Virus record (IMG/VR): IMGVR_UViG_3300028534_000019
Span: 31,091 to 95,090 of that record
Direction: 5' to 3' (one strand)
Length of the DNA: 64,000 nt
From: a virus
Taxonomy: Duplodnaviria; Heunggongvirae; Uroviricota; Caudoviricetes
A program made the translations under genes and the position numbers. Each line of letters opens with the position of its first letter. Positions within the stretch are counted from its first letter, which is position 1. Shown piece after piece: positions 1 to 9,335 of the stretch. Below the pieces are notes generated by a model. It saw nothing but the letters and a program-made list of their open reading frames with translations. It was not told the origin of the DNA and did not search any database.

Positions 1-178
1 ACCTGAAAATTCTTTTTTTATTTTTCAAATATCACCAACTCAATCAGAATTATTAGAAGTTGGAACATATTTTTTAAGTGTACAAATAACACATAAAAAT
101 GGTGCTGATGAACTAATATTCAGAAAAGAAGTTTTACAAGCAAAACTTAAAATAAAACAACAAGGTGTTCTTCTGTAA
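1..178 (+). CDS. 3' end of an upstream gene (partial, runs off window start)
   Basis: Frame 2 is open from base 2 to the TAA at 176-178 (59 sense codons). That is long for random AT-rich DNA. No recognisable domain. Confidence 0.3.
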   Translation, partial: PENSFFIFQISPTQSELLEVGTYFLSVQITHKNGADELIFRKEVLQAKLKIKQQGVLL

Positions 179-273
179 CACTTTGTTTCTACAAACAATA
201 AAAAATCTCAAAAATTAAGCAATACATAAGTATATTTTTACTATAATACACTATCAAAACAAAGGAGCAAAAT

Positions 274-618
274 GTGAATGGTTTATATGGAAGTATATTA
301 CAATCAGAAACATTGAAATATGCTGATAATATAGGTATAGAATATATACAAAAACTCAAAGAAATAGATATACAAACCCCGAAAGGTACAAAAGAAATTA
401 ATGAATACCTAACAAATGAATATTCCAAATTTAAAAAAATTGTTGATAATGATAAAATGATAGCTGAAATGTTGAAAAACACTGCTAAGTCAAGGTTTAT
501 ATTAGACCTTATAGCAAGATTTGCTGAATTTTATGATTTAAGTATTGAAGAATTTATGTATAGAGTTGGAGAACCAACACAAAAATTATTTGCTGAGGCG
601 GCAAACTTATTAGATTAA
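274..618 (+). CDS. hypothetical protein (GTG start)
   Basis: ORF with AAAGGAG 6 nt upstream of GTG at 274. A TACTATAAT -10-like box lies at about 238-246. Confidence 0.5.
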   Translation: MNGLYGSILQSETLKYADNIGIEYIQKLKEIDIQTPKGTKEINEYLTNEYSKFKKIVDNDKMIAEMLKNTAKSRFILDLIARFAEFYDLSIEEFMYRVGEPTQKLFAEAANLLD

Positions 619-640
619 AAAATAAAATATTAGGATTAAA

Positions 641-1129
641 ATGTTTGGGAATTATGTACTAGCACAAGAGTTATTTGAAAAAACAGGTTTTGCTTCAAGC
701 AATATTTCAATGGTAATTAAAGATGATAGAATTGAAGAAGGAAATGATTATCTTAAATTTAAAAGTGTTGTTTTACTCTATAAACATTCATTAAACTTAC
801 CAAAATTTATTACTGAGCCAATGAAAAAATATGAAGATGAATTTACAGATTTAAGTGATTTGATACCTTATATATATTTCACTGAATTAACTGATGAAAA
901 TATAAAATCAATAGAAGATAAATTTGAGATTGTTGAATTAGGTGGTGGTGAAGATATGCGACCTAAGAAATTTGTAAGAATTACAGATGAAACTTTACAT
1001 AATGTTATTTATGATGACAGCAAGATTAAAGTAACAGTTGAAAATTCTGAGATTAAAGAATTAGTTCAAGGAAAATATATTGATGGTTATATACAACTTT
1101 CAAATAGAAAATCTTTAGTTTGGTATTAA
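641..1129 (+). CDS. hypothetical protein
   Basis: 162-aa ORF, tightly spaced after the previous gene. No recognised motif. Confidence 0.5.
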   Translation: MFGNYVLAQELFEKTGFASSNISMVIKDDRIEEGNDYLKFKSVVLLYKHSLNLPKFITEPMKKYEDEFTDLSDLIPYIYFTELTDENIKSIEDKFEIVELGGGEDMRPKKFVRITDETLHNVIYDDSKIKVTVENSEIKELVQGKYIDGYIQLSNRKSLVWY

Positions 1130-1178
1130 AAATAAAAAATTAAGTAATTTTACTATATAATACATTTACAAAACAAAA

Positions 1179-1213
1179 AGAAGTAATAAAAAAATATAAA
1201 TATTATTACTTCT
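1179..1213 (+). terminator. stem-loop (11-bp perfect stem AGAAGTAATAA/TTATTACTTCT, 13-nt loop) 50 nt after the 641..1129 stop; weak U-tract
   Basis: Inverted repeat read directly from the sequence. Only TTT follows it, so it may be a terminator or an RNA-stability/regulatory hairpin in the gp32 leader. Confidence 0.3.
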
Positions 1214-1344
1214 TTAACATATAATAAAGAGTTATCATTTTATTGATGCTCTTTACAGTATGTTAAATAAGGTGCGATTAAATCGTTGGAAATGTTAGAA
1301 ATTGTTAGATTTCGTTAAATAATTGTTAGAAAAAGGAAAAATAT

Positions 1345-2358
1345 ATGTTAGATTTTAACAGCAACTCATTAGATTGGGATTCACTAGAAAAAAATTTAGG
1401 TGCGGATGTCAAAGACAAACCAAAGAAAAACTACAAAGATGATAGATTGTGGAGATTAGCTCAAGATGAAAATGGAGCAGGTGGAGCAATTATCAGATTA
1501 CTACCAGACCCTGAGGGTAAACCATTCATCAGACTTTACAAACACGCTTTTAGTTCATATGACCCTATTAAGAAAAGACAAAGATGGTATATTGGTACTT
1601 CACCACAAACTATTGAACAACCTTGTCCAGCTAGTGATTTATGGCAGTCTTTAATGGGAATTGGTACAGAAGAAGCAAAACAAGAGGCTAGAAGTTTTAA
1701 TAGAAGTATTAAATATATGTGTAACATCAAAGTTATTAAAGACCCAGCAAACCCACAAAATGAGGGTAAAATTTTCTTATGGGAATTTGGTACAAAACTT
1801 AAAGATAAATTTATGGCGGCTCTCAACCCATCAGAAACAGAAAGACAAATGGGAGAAGAACCAAAACAACTTTTCAATCCATTTACAGGGTGTAATGTAA
1901 AACTCAAAATTAAAAAAGTAGCTGGATTCCCTAACTATGATGAAACTGAAATTATGGGTGTAAGTGCTATTTATGAAAATGGAGATGTTGCCAAAGAAGA
2001 TATTCTTGCTAATGGGCATAAACTTTCAGAGTTCTTAAAACCTGATGCTTTTGATTCATATGAAGAACTTAAAGGTAAACTTAAATATGTTCTTGAAACA
2101 TATAAACCTAAACATCTTGATGAAGTTGTTTTTAGAAATGCTGTTGCACCTCTTATTAGTGGAACTAGTGGAACTAATGAGGAAGCACCAAAAACAGAAA
2201 GTGTTAAAGAAAATGTTGTTGATAGTGTAGATGTATCTCAAACTGAAACACCTGCTAATGATGTTCAAGAAACACCAAAAGTAGAAACAAAACAAGATAC
2301 AACCCAATCAGCACCATCAGCACAAAGTGATGATTTATCATTCTTAGAAGACCTTTAG
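1345..2358 (+). CDS. 32: single-stranded DNA-binding protein, T4 gp32 family
   Basis: Collinear similarity to T4 gp32: AIIRLLP, VIKDPANPQNEGKIF, NVKLKIKKVAGFPNYDE. Acidic C-terminal tail ending SDDLSFLEDL. Confidence 0.9.
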   Translation: MLDFNSNSLDWDSLEKNLGADVKDKPKKNYKDDRLWRLAQDENGAGGAIIRLLPDPEGKPFIRLYKHAFSSYDPIKKRQRWYIGTSPQTIEQPCPASDLWQSLMGIGTEEAKQEARSFNRSIKYMCNIKVIKDPANPQNEGKIFLWEFGTKLKDKFMAALNPSETERQMGEEPKQLFNPFTGCNVKLKIKKVAGFPNYDETEIMGVSAIYENGDVAKEDILANGHKLSEFLKPDAFDSYEELKGKLKYVLETYKPKHLDEVVFRNAVAPLISGTSGTNEEAPKTESVKENVVDSVDVSQTETPANDVQETPKVETKQDTTQSAPSAQSDDLSFLEDL

Positions 2359-2369
2359 TCTTCTAAGAT

Positions 2370-3512
2370 TTGGATTGTAAAATGAAACATAATTCTATAA
2401 TAGTAATAGATTTTTCTCATTTATCAAGTAGAATGTTATATGTTGCTGTATCACAAGCACATCCAAAAAAGAAAAATGGTAAATTTATTACTTCTGATTT
2501 TGTGAAATATTATAAACATTTGATATTTAATTCTTTACAATCAGTAAATACTAAGTTTAAAGGTGATATAATTATTGCTATGGATGGCAGAGATAATTGG
2601 AGAAAGAAATTTTATCCATTATATAAAGCACATAGGGCAAAAGATAGAGATAAATCTGAAATAAATTTTGCTGAATATTATGAAGAACTTGATAAGGTAG
2701 CAAATGCTTTAGAAAATTATTTCCCTTATAAAGTTATTAAAGTAGATGAAGCAGAAGCAGATGATATTGCTGGGGTTATAAGTAATACTTATGGTAATGA
2801 AATGAATATAACTTTAGTTACATCAGACCACGATTGGCAACAAGTACAAGCAGAAAATGATTTAATTACATTTTTTGACCCAATTAAAAGACTTGAAATA
2901 GAAATATCAGCAGATATGCAGGAAATTATTGATACACCTGAGGGTAAAATGTCAAGATTTACAGTAATTCATACCTTATTAGGTGATGATGGGGATAATG
3001 TACCGGGTGTTGTTAAATATACTGAATTTTCAGATAGTTTTATTTCTTTCTTAAAAGAAAATGGTATATATGATGTATCAGTTAAGAATTTTCATAAACT
3101 GAGTATGGCAGATGAACTACTTCAAAAATTTGATGTTTATAAAGTAGTTAAATCAGGGAAGAAAAAAGGGCAATTTTCAGATATTAAAGATATTTACAAA
3201 ACAAAAGCATTCGGAAAAGTTAAGGCTGAAAAAGTTTCACAAAATTCTGAAACACTTAATAAGTTTTTAGATTCTGATGAAATGTATAGAGATAATTTTA
3301 AAAGAAATGCTGTTTTAGTTGATTTCAATAAAATTCCAAAATTTGTAGAAGAAAAAATACTACAAGAATATAAAACAAAAAATAATCTTGCTAAAAATAA
3401 CAAGATATTAGAATATTTTATAAATGAAGGTTTGGGTGAGATGGTTCAAAAAGTTCATCTTTTTTATGGTGACTCAGATGAATCATCACTTGATGATTTT
3501 TTAGAATGGTAG
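2370..3512 (+). CDS. rnh: RNase H / FEN-family 5'-3' exonuclease (T4 rnh-like)
   Basis: N-terminal IIVIDFSHL (T4 rnh: ICLIDFSQI), DGRDNWRKKFYPLYKAHR, VDEAEADDIAGV and TSDHDWQQV match T4 RNase H acidic clusters. Position after gene 32 as in T4. Confidence 0.85.
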   Translation: MDCKMKHNSIIVIDFSHLSSRMLYVAVSQAHPKKKNGKFITSDFVKYYKHLIFNSLQSVNTKFKGDIIIAMDGRDNWRKKFYPLYKAHRAKDRDKSEINFAEYYEELDKVANALENYFPYKVIKVDEAEADDIAGVISNTYGNEMNITLVTSDHDWQQVQAENDLITFFDPIKRLEIEISADMQEIIDTPEGKMSRFTVIHTLLGDDGDNVPGVVKYTEFSDSFISFLKENGIYDVSVKNFHKLSMADELLQKFDVYKVVKSGKKKGQFSDIKDIYKTKAFGKVKAEKVSQNSETLNKFLDSDEMYRDNFKRNAVLVDFNKIPKFVEEKILQEYKTKNNLAKNNKILEYFINEGLGEMVQKVHLFYGDSDESSLDDFLEW

Positions 3513-3516
3513 TTTA

Positions 3517-3786
3517 TTATTCTGAAAAAACAAATTTTACAAAGGAATATTGTTTCCATATTTCACTTTTTTGAAGTGTTGTATTAATAAATGCTTCAAG
3601 TCTATCAGGATATTTATAAGAATTTATTCTTTTTATATTATGTTCTGATAGTTCTTTACTTGGTATTATTTTTTTATCCCCTAAAATTGCTAGACTATTT
3701 GATAAAATATAGTTTGCTTCTTCATTAGAATTTCTTTCAAGTAAAGTTTTATATATGTTATTGATGTTTTCATTAGAAAAAATCAT
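3517..3786 (-). CDS. hypothetical 89-aa protein on the minus strand
   Basis: Fills the rnh-primase gap exactly. Good AAGGAA RBS 6 nt upstream on the minus strand. No motif recognised. Confidence 0.45.
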   Translation of the reverse strand: MIFSNENINNIYKTLLERNSNEEANYILSNSLAILGDKKIIPSKELSEHNIKRINSYKYPDRLEAFINTTLQKSEIWKQYSFVKFVFSE

Positions 3787-3826
3787 ATTACATTCCTTAT
3801 TTTAAAAATATTTATAAAGGTTATTT

Positions 3827-4873
3827 ATGGCTATTATAGAACCATTAGAACAAAAATACTTCTTACTAGAAACCTCATCTAAAGACATAGGATACATTAA
3901 AAGTGATGATATATCTAAATCTTGTGATATATGTAATGAGGGTTCATCTTATGGTAGAAAACACCGACTTCATTTATACACTAAACCTACATATGATACA
4001 CCATCAATAGCGTGTTTTAATTGTGGTTATAAAGGTAATATGTATAGTTATCTTAGAGATTACCATCCTACTTTATTTGACCAATATAAAAAAGAAAAAA
4101 TGGGTAGTACCTTTAAAGAGTTAAAATTATCAAAAAATAAAAATAAAAACTCTAATAATGAAACAACAGAAGATATAAATTTAGATAATATTTTTAGTTC
4201 ACACAAAACAAAACACACACCAATATTAGGCGATTTACCAAAAAGTTTTAAGCCTTTATTAGAATTTGAAGAACCTATAAAATACTTAAAGAATAGAAAA
4301 ATAGAAAACTATGATAGATGGTATTTTTCACCAAAAGATAATAATATTGTATTTAATGGTGCTGAGGTAAGATTAAGTGAATATATTATTATACCATTCT
4401 ATAAAGAAGATAAAATATATGGTTTTCAAGCATTATCATACAAACAAAAAAGATTTTTTGTATTTTTATTAAAAGGTAATGATAGTTGGAAAGTTGAAAA
4501 TTGGTTTAATATAGATAGAGAGAAAAATATATATGTTTTTGAATCTGTTTATGATAGACTTTCATCAGGTTTAGATAATACTATTTCCCAAATGGGTGCT
4601 AGTTTATCAGTTGAAAGAATAGAAGAATTAAATAAAAATAAGCTAGTTTTTTGTTTGGATAATCAAAATATTGATGAAGCATCACAAAGAGAGTCTTTAA
4701 AATATGCTGAGAAAGGTTATAATGTTTTTATTTGGCCGACTAAGATACCAAAAAAATTTAAAGATACAAATGATTTACTAAAGGGTGGTGTACCAAAAGA
4801 AAAGATTAAAGAGATTATTGAAAATAATACCTTTAGTGGTACAGAAGCAATTTTGAGATTAAAAATGATATAA
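3827..4873 (+). CDS. 61: DNA primase, T4 gp61 family (zinc ribbon + TOPRIM)
   Basis: CDICNEG...CFNCGY zinc ribbon, collinear with T4 gp61 CPVCGDS...CYNCNY. YVFESVYDRL matches the gp61 TOPRIM motif YVLEGPIDSL. Confidence 0.8.
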   Translation: MAIIEPLEQKYFLLETSSKDIGYIKSDDISKSCDICNEGSSYGRKHRLHLYTKPTYDTPSIACFNCGYKGNMYSYLRDYHPTLFDQYKKEKMGSTFKELKLSKNKNKNSNNETTEDINLDNIFSSHKTKHTPILGDLPKSFKPLLEFEEPIKYLKNRKIENYDRWYFSPKDNNIVFNGAEVRLSEYIIIPFYKEDKIYGFQALSYKQKRFFVFLLKGNDSWKVENWFNIDREKNIYVFESVYDRLSSGLDNTISQMGASLSVERIEELNKNKLVFCLDNQNIDEASQRESLKYAEKGYNVFIWPTKIPKKFKDTNDLLKGGVPKEKIKEIIENNTFSGTEAILRLKMI

Positions 4874-4883
4874 AGGAATAATA

Positions 4884-5633
4884 ATGTATATACCAAGAAG
4901 AGAATTTGATGATGAACCAAAAATAATTATTTTTAGTGGTGCTGGATTGGATGCCCCATCAGGATTAAAAACTTTTAGGGGTTCTGATGGTTTATGGGAT
5001 AGCCACAAAATACAAGATATTTGTACTGAAAGTACTTGGAAACAAAATTTTGAAGAAGTTCATAATTTTTATAATGGTTTAAGAAATAAATTAGAAAAAG
5101 CACAACCAAATAAAGCACATTTAAAAATAAAAGAATTATATGAAAAGTACCCTGATAGTGTTCTAAATATTACAATGAATATATCAGACTTTTTTGAAAG
5201 GTTAGAAGTTCCAGTTCTTCATATTCACGGAGAACTTAAAAAAATGGAATGTTATGCTTGTGGTACTAAATGGGATATTGGGTATAAGCAGTGGGATATT
5301 GAAAAAGATAGGTGTCCTAAATGCAATAGTAGAAAAGGTGTGAAACCATCTATTGTATTTTTTGGTGGTCAAGCACCTATGTATAGCTACTTGTGGCGTG
5401 CTTTTGAGCATACTATGAATAAAGATACTATTGTGATTGTTATTGGTACTCAGGGTAATGTAGTGAATGTAGAAGAGAATTTAATAGGTACTCCTTGTAA
5501 GAAAATTCTTTGTAATATGGAAGCATCAGCAGATATTAATGTAAAAAAATGTGGTTTTGATAAGGTGTACTATGAAAGTATAGAAACAGCAATAGACAAA
5601 ATTATGGATGATATTGAAGAATGGAAAAAATAA
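4884..5633 (+). CDS. Sir2-family NAD-dependent deacylase / ADP-ribosyltransferase (short sirtuin)
   Basis: GAGLDAPSGLKTFRG (GAGIS..SGIP.FR), GLW, NISDFF, catalytic LHIHGEL, CxxC...CxxC Zn module, VVIGTQGNVV. Confidence 0.8.
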   Translation: MYIPRREFDDEPKIIIFSGAGLDAPSGLKTFRGSDGLWDSHKIQDICTESTWKQNFEEVHNFYNGLRNKLEKAQPNKAHLKIKELYEKYPDSVLNITMNISDFFERLEVPVLHIHGELKKMECYACGTKWDIGYKQWDIEKDRCPKCNSRKGVKPSIVFFGGQAPMYSYLWRAFEHTMNKDTIVIVIGTQGNVVNVEENLIGTPCKKILCNMEASADINVKKCGFDKVYYESIETAIDKIMDDIEEWKK

Positions 5634-6088
5634 AAATATTCACAAGTTACTATTCTAATATTAACAAAATCAGAGAGAATTATCCTGATTTTGTTTTAAT
5701 TTCAATTAGTGGTGGTTTGGAAAATAATATTATAACTTTAATAGATGATTGGGATAAAAGGTTAGCACCTAAAAAAGATTTCTTCTTAGAGTATAAAAAT
5801 TCAAAAGAAGGTTTACCACGAGAGATTAAATATGTAAAAGAATTTAATGATAAAGTTCTATATAAAGATAAAATAAAAATAATTATAAACTCTTGGTTAG
5901 AAAAATATCCAAACAAAACTATTGTAATGCTTTGTTATGAACATCCTAAAGATTTTTGTCATAGACAAATAGTAGCTAAAGAAATTGAAACTGTTTTTAA
6001 TGTTGATGTAAAAGAATTATTTTTTGAAAATTATGAAAGAATAGATTATAAAATGTTTCCTAAAGGCTTAGATGAAGATGAATGGTAA
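5621..6088 (+). CDS. DUF488-family protein, overlapping the Sir2 stop by 13 nt
   Basis: C-terminal MLCYEHPKDFCHRQIVAKEI resembles the DUF488 signature (LxCxExxPxxCHR). Family assignment is from memory of the Pfam consensus. Confidence 0.5.
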   Translation: MEKIKIFTSYYSNINKIRENYPDFVLISISGGLENNIITLIDDWDKRLAPKKDFFLEYKNSKEGLPREIKYVKEFNDKVLYKDKIKIIINSWLEKYPNKTIVMLCYEHPKDFCHRQIVAKEIETVFNVDVKELFFENYERIDYKMFPKGLDEDEW

Positions 6089-6165
6089 TTATTAATTTTT
6101 TATTTAATATTGTTTTAATCTAAATCATATTATAATTTCATCATATTTAAGGAAAAGGCTATAAT

Positions 6166-6639
6166 ATGAAAAAAGAATTAAAAATAGATATATTAGATAA
6201 TCTACAAAGAAATAGTGTTTGTGTTATTTTTAAACCAAGTGATAGTGTTTCACATATACTTATTTTGGAAGAATTAGTAAATAGAGTAGTATCAAGTGAA
6301 GTGATATTAAAAAGAGATACACTTGAGTATCTTAGAGATTCAGAAATAGAAATATATCCATTAGTTTATATGTCAAAAAATGATTTTGATGAATTACCTC
6401 AAAATGTCAAAGCAAGAGTTAGTTGTGTTGATGGTGAGATGTTATTTGAAAGTGTAGAAGATGATAGACAATTATCTAAAACAACCTTTTCTATACAAAT
6501 AGAAGATAAAGAATATACAAAAGATGAACTTTTAAAAGAAGTTGTTATGAGAATGAGTAATTTAGAAGATGGTACTTATGCTAGTACACCTGATGATTAT
6601 GATGACTTTTATAGTTCTTACAGTTTTAAAAAGATTTAA
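6166..6639 (+). CDS. hypothetical protein
   Basis: 157-aa ORF preceded by a TATTATAAT/GCTATAAT promoter-like region and a GGAAAAGG RBS. Confidence 0.5.
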   Translation: MKKELKIDILDNLQRNSVCVIFKPSDSVSHILILEELVNRVVSSEVILKRDTLEYLRDSEIEIYPLVYMSKNDFDELPQNVKARVSCVDGEMLFESVEDDRQLSKTTFSIQIEDKEYTKDELLKEVVMRMSNLEDGTYASTPDDYDDFYSSYSFKKI

Positions 6640-6640
6640 T

Positions 6641-6708
6641 TTTTAAGTTTCATTTAAGTTTAATATGTTATAATTTTACATATCAAAAGACAAAAAGGAT
6701 TTAAAATG
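6641..6708 (+). promoter_or_regulatory. promoter-leader cassette (extended -10 TGTTATAAT at 6666-6674, AAAAAGGA RBS); near-identical copy at 36837..36904
   Basis: A 66-nt stretch repeated with one mismatch upstream of two unrelated genes. Host sigma70-like extended -10. Confidence 0.6.
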
Positions 6709-6954
6709 TCACAAATTAATTTCAAAAAAGTTTCTTACTATGTAGTTTCAATTATGGTATTATTTTCTTTAATAGCAATATTATCAAAACCATCACAAAT
6801 TGAGATAGATGTAAAATCAGGTACTAAAACTCTAACTTGTGAATTTGCTGATGGATGGAGAGAAATAGAACCTGAAAAAGTTGTTGGGTTTAATGATGAA
6901 AATGGATATTGGACTTTTACAAATGGTTATGCTAAAAATTGTGAGGTTAGATAG
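6706..6954 (+). CDS. small membrane-anchored protein (N-terminal TM helix)
   Basis: 82-aa ORF with a hydrophobic N-terminus YYVVSIMVLFSLIAIL. Confidence 0.45.
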   Translation: MSQINFKKVSYYVVSIMVLFSLIAILSKPSQIEIDVKSGTKTLTCEFADGWREIEPEKVVGFNDENGYWTFTNGYAKNCEVR

Positions 6955-7157
6955 TGTTTGTTGATAAAATTTTAGAAAATGGTGTAGAGTGTGTTTTTAT
7001 TACACACTCCAACAAAATAAGAAAGGCATATAGATATAAAAATATTATTTGGAAAATATATGCTAGTGGTGGTTATTCTGAAGTTTTTGAAAGTGAAATT
7101 CAATTCTCAGGAACAAGAGAAGAAGCAAAACAGAAATATCCTGAATTATTTTTTTAA
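6954..7157 (+). CDS. small protein with C-terminal ...KYPELFF tail
   Basis: 67-aa ORF. Member of the recurrent YPE-x-x-F C-terminal set. Confidence 0.45.
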   Translation: MFVDKILENGVECVFITHSNKIRKAYRYKNIIWKIYASGGYSEVFESEIQFSGTREEAKQKYPELFF

Positions 7158-7166
7158 AGGTTAGAT

Positions 7167-7463
7167 ATGGATTTAGATAAAATAAGATTAATAGAAACAA
7201 ATAGTGCTTTAGGTTATATGGAAGTAGCATACCTAATACAAATAAATGAAAAAGAAATGCTTTGTGTGTATTCAAATGAAGAAGGATATGTAGGTGACCA
7301 TTCTTGGGTGGTTGGTGAAGTGTATGATATGTTTGAATATGAGAGTGATTATGATGAAGTAATTAATGATAAGAAAGAAATGGTATTAAAAGATTCTCCT
7401 CTATATGGTGATTTTTTATTTGACTTTTTCTTAAAACATCTAATTAAGAATAAACTATGTTAG
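7167..7463 (+). CDS. hypothetical acidic protein
   Basis: 98-aa ORF. Confidence 0.4.
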   Translation: MDLDKIRLIETNSALGYMEVAYLIQINEKEMLCVYSNEEGYVGDHSWVVGEVYDMFEYESDYDEVINDKKEMVLKDSPLYGDFLFDFFLKHLIKNKLC

Positions 7464-8191
7464 ACTATATATCTATATTAGCTGGTGGTTCTTGTAAATT
7501 TAATTGTGAATTTTGTGTTGGTAATTCTATAAGAGAAAATATCACACCTCATTATAGTTCAAAAATCAAAGGTTTTTTAGAATGTTATGCTGATAGAACA
7601 CAATTACTTTCAGTTTCAGGTGATACTTCAGACCCATCATTAATAAGTGAAACAATATTTATTCCTGTTGAAGCAAAAGAGTATAATAAAGATATAAAAG
7701 TTAGCATACATACAAGGGATATATATTTTACTGAAAAAGCAATGGATTATGGTTATGATAAAATTGTTTTAAGTATTGATGAAACACTTTCAGAAAATGA
7801 TTATCAAACCTTAGTAAATTATTATTACCACTATGGTTATAATATTAGATTAAGTTTTGTTTTAACATCATCTAATTTTTGGATTATTGATGAATGGAAA
7901 AAAGATTTTCCAGCATTATTTGATATGGAATTAACAATAAGACCTGATGTATTTGAAAAAGATGAGGTTTTTAGAAAACATATTTTTTTAGAAACATTTC
8001 TTGGTATAGATGGAGATTGGCAAAATATAGAGCAATATAAAAATGAATATGGTGCTATTGTTTTAGAAAAGTACCCTAATGTTTGGTATTGGGATTATAA
8101 TGTTACTAATAAAAATCTTGATGTTTTATATCTTTTTAGTAATGGTGACATAAAAAATAATTGTAAGTGGGAAAATTTATATGAAAATTAG
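7457..8191 (+). CDS. radical SAM domain protein
   Basis: N-terminal CKFNCEFC (CX3CX2C 4Fe-4S motif) preceded by a Gly-rich AGGS. Downstream SVSGDTSDP is a GGEP-like SAM-binding motif. Confidence 0.65.
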   Translation: MLDYISILAGGSCKFNCEFCVGNSIRENITPHYSSKIKGFLECYADRTQLLSVSGDTSDPSLISETIFIPVEAKEYNKDIKVSIHTRDIYFTEKAMDYGYDKIVLSIDETLSENDYQTLVNYYYHYGYNIRLSFVLTSSNFWIIDEWKKDFPALFDMELTIRPDVFEKDEVFRKHIFLETFLGIDGDWQNIEQYKNEYGAIVLEKYPNVWYWDYNVTNKNLDVLYLFSNGDIKNNCKWENLYEN

Positions 8192-8423
8192 ATTAATAGA
8201 TTATAAAGAAGAAAGTTTTGATTTTCCTTACCCACCAAATTATGGTATGGATTTAGCAAAAATAAAAATAATGGGTAGTACTTTAGATATAGATAAGAAA
8301 CTATCTAAACATCTTGCTGAGTATAATTATTTTATGTATAAGGGTATGAAGATATTTTTTGAAGATTTAAACAATGACTCAAAAAAGAAAATGTATTCAG
8401 AATACCCTGAATATTACTTTTAG
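8181..8423 (+). CDS. small protein with C-terminal ...EYPEYYF tail
   Basis: 80-aa ORF. Member of the YPE-tail set. Confidence 0.45.
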   Translation: MKIRLIDYKEESFDFPYPPNYGMDLAKIKIMGSTLDIDKKLSKHLAEYNYFMYKGMKIFFEDLNNDSKKKMYSEYPEYYF

Positions 8424-8438
8424 TGATTAGGGGATTAT

Positions 8439-8795
8439 ATGAGTTTAGAAAGTACAGTGGCTTCACAGTCAATACACCCAGGAACATATGAAGTACATTG
8501 GGAAAATACATTCGATACAAAAGAAATAGTTAGTACAATAGAAATAAAACAAACTATATATTCTAGTAATCAATTAAAAAAAGTTCTTAAAAAATTATTA
8601 AAAAATTTTGATAAATTAAATAGTGAAATAAAATTAATAGAACCATCATATAATAATACTGAAGAAAAAATTAATAGAACATTTGCTATAATTGATATGA
8701 ATAATGAATATGAGATTAATAAACTAATTTCAGAAGGGTATTCTTTAAAAGAGATACACCAAGGTAAATTTATATTATACAAAAGGATTATATAA
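8439..8795 (+). CDS. hypothetical protein
   Basis: 118-aa ORF. Confidence 0.4.
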   Translation: MSLESTVASQSIHPGTYEVHWENTFDTKEIVSTIEIKQTIYSSNQLKKVLKKLLKNFDKLNSEIKLIEPSYNNTEEKINRTFAIIDMNNEYEINKLISEGYSLKEIHQGKFILYKRII

Positions 8796-9316
8796 TGGTT
8801 TTAAATTTTTATGGCGGGCCGGGTATTGGTAAAAGTACAAAAGCATCAGAGTTATTTTTTAGATGTAAACAACAAAACTTACAGGTTGAATTAATACACG
8901 AGTTTGCTAAAGATATGGTTTATTCTCAATCTATGGAAATATTGAAAGACCAATATTATGTAGGTGCTAATCAACATCATAGGGTGTGGAGAGTTCATAA
9001 CTATTACTTACAACAAGGTTTTAAAGAGGATGAATTTCTTATAATAACTGATAGTCCTATTTTGTTGGGTGCGGCTTATACTGATGATGATAAATTAAGA
9101 GATTTTATTTTTGAAACTTCAGAAAGATATAATAATATTAATATTATGCTAACAAGAAAATTTAATTACCAAGAAGAGGGAAGAAACCAAGATTTAAAAG
9201 GTGCTATTGAGATTGATAAAAAAGTTTTAGATTTATTAAATAAAACTTCTTATATAGAAACAAATGATACAGATAAAATTTTATCTCTAATTAAGGAAAA
9301 AATGAGTACAATATAA
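8795..9316 (+). CDS. P-loop NTPase / small-molecule kinase (NadR-RNK or AAA_28-like)
   Basis: Walker A GGPGIGKST at the N-terminus and IITDSP Walker-B-like. The layout resembles ribosylnicotinamide/nucleotide kinases. Exact substrate is not inferable. Confidence 0.5.
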   Translation: MVLNFYGGPGIGKSTKASELFFRCKQQNLQVELIHEFAKDMVYSQSMEILKDQYYVGANQHHRVWRVHNYYLQQGFKEDEFLIITDSPILLGAAYTDDDKLRDFIFETSERYNNINIMLTRKFNYQEEGRNQDLKGAIEIDKKVLDLLNKTSYIETNDTDKILSLIKEKMSTI

Positions 9317-9335
9317 ATATTAAAAAGGAGATAAA

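Noticed and set aside
189-482. Minus-strand ORFs from the six-frame track that lie antisense to plus-strand genes. Examples: 189..482, 1536..1907, 2056..2307, 5202..5411, 7063..7275, 15496..15741, 20465..20791, 27635..27838, 32108..32341, 41334..41546, 42169..42423 and 50739..51005.
   Set aside because: Each is fully embedded in or overlaps a longer plus-strand gene with recognisable homology or good RBS context. They are low-complexity Phe/Ile/Leu-rich translations typical of antisense frames in AT-rich DNA, with no RBS support.
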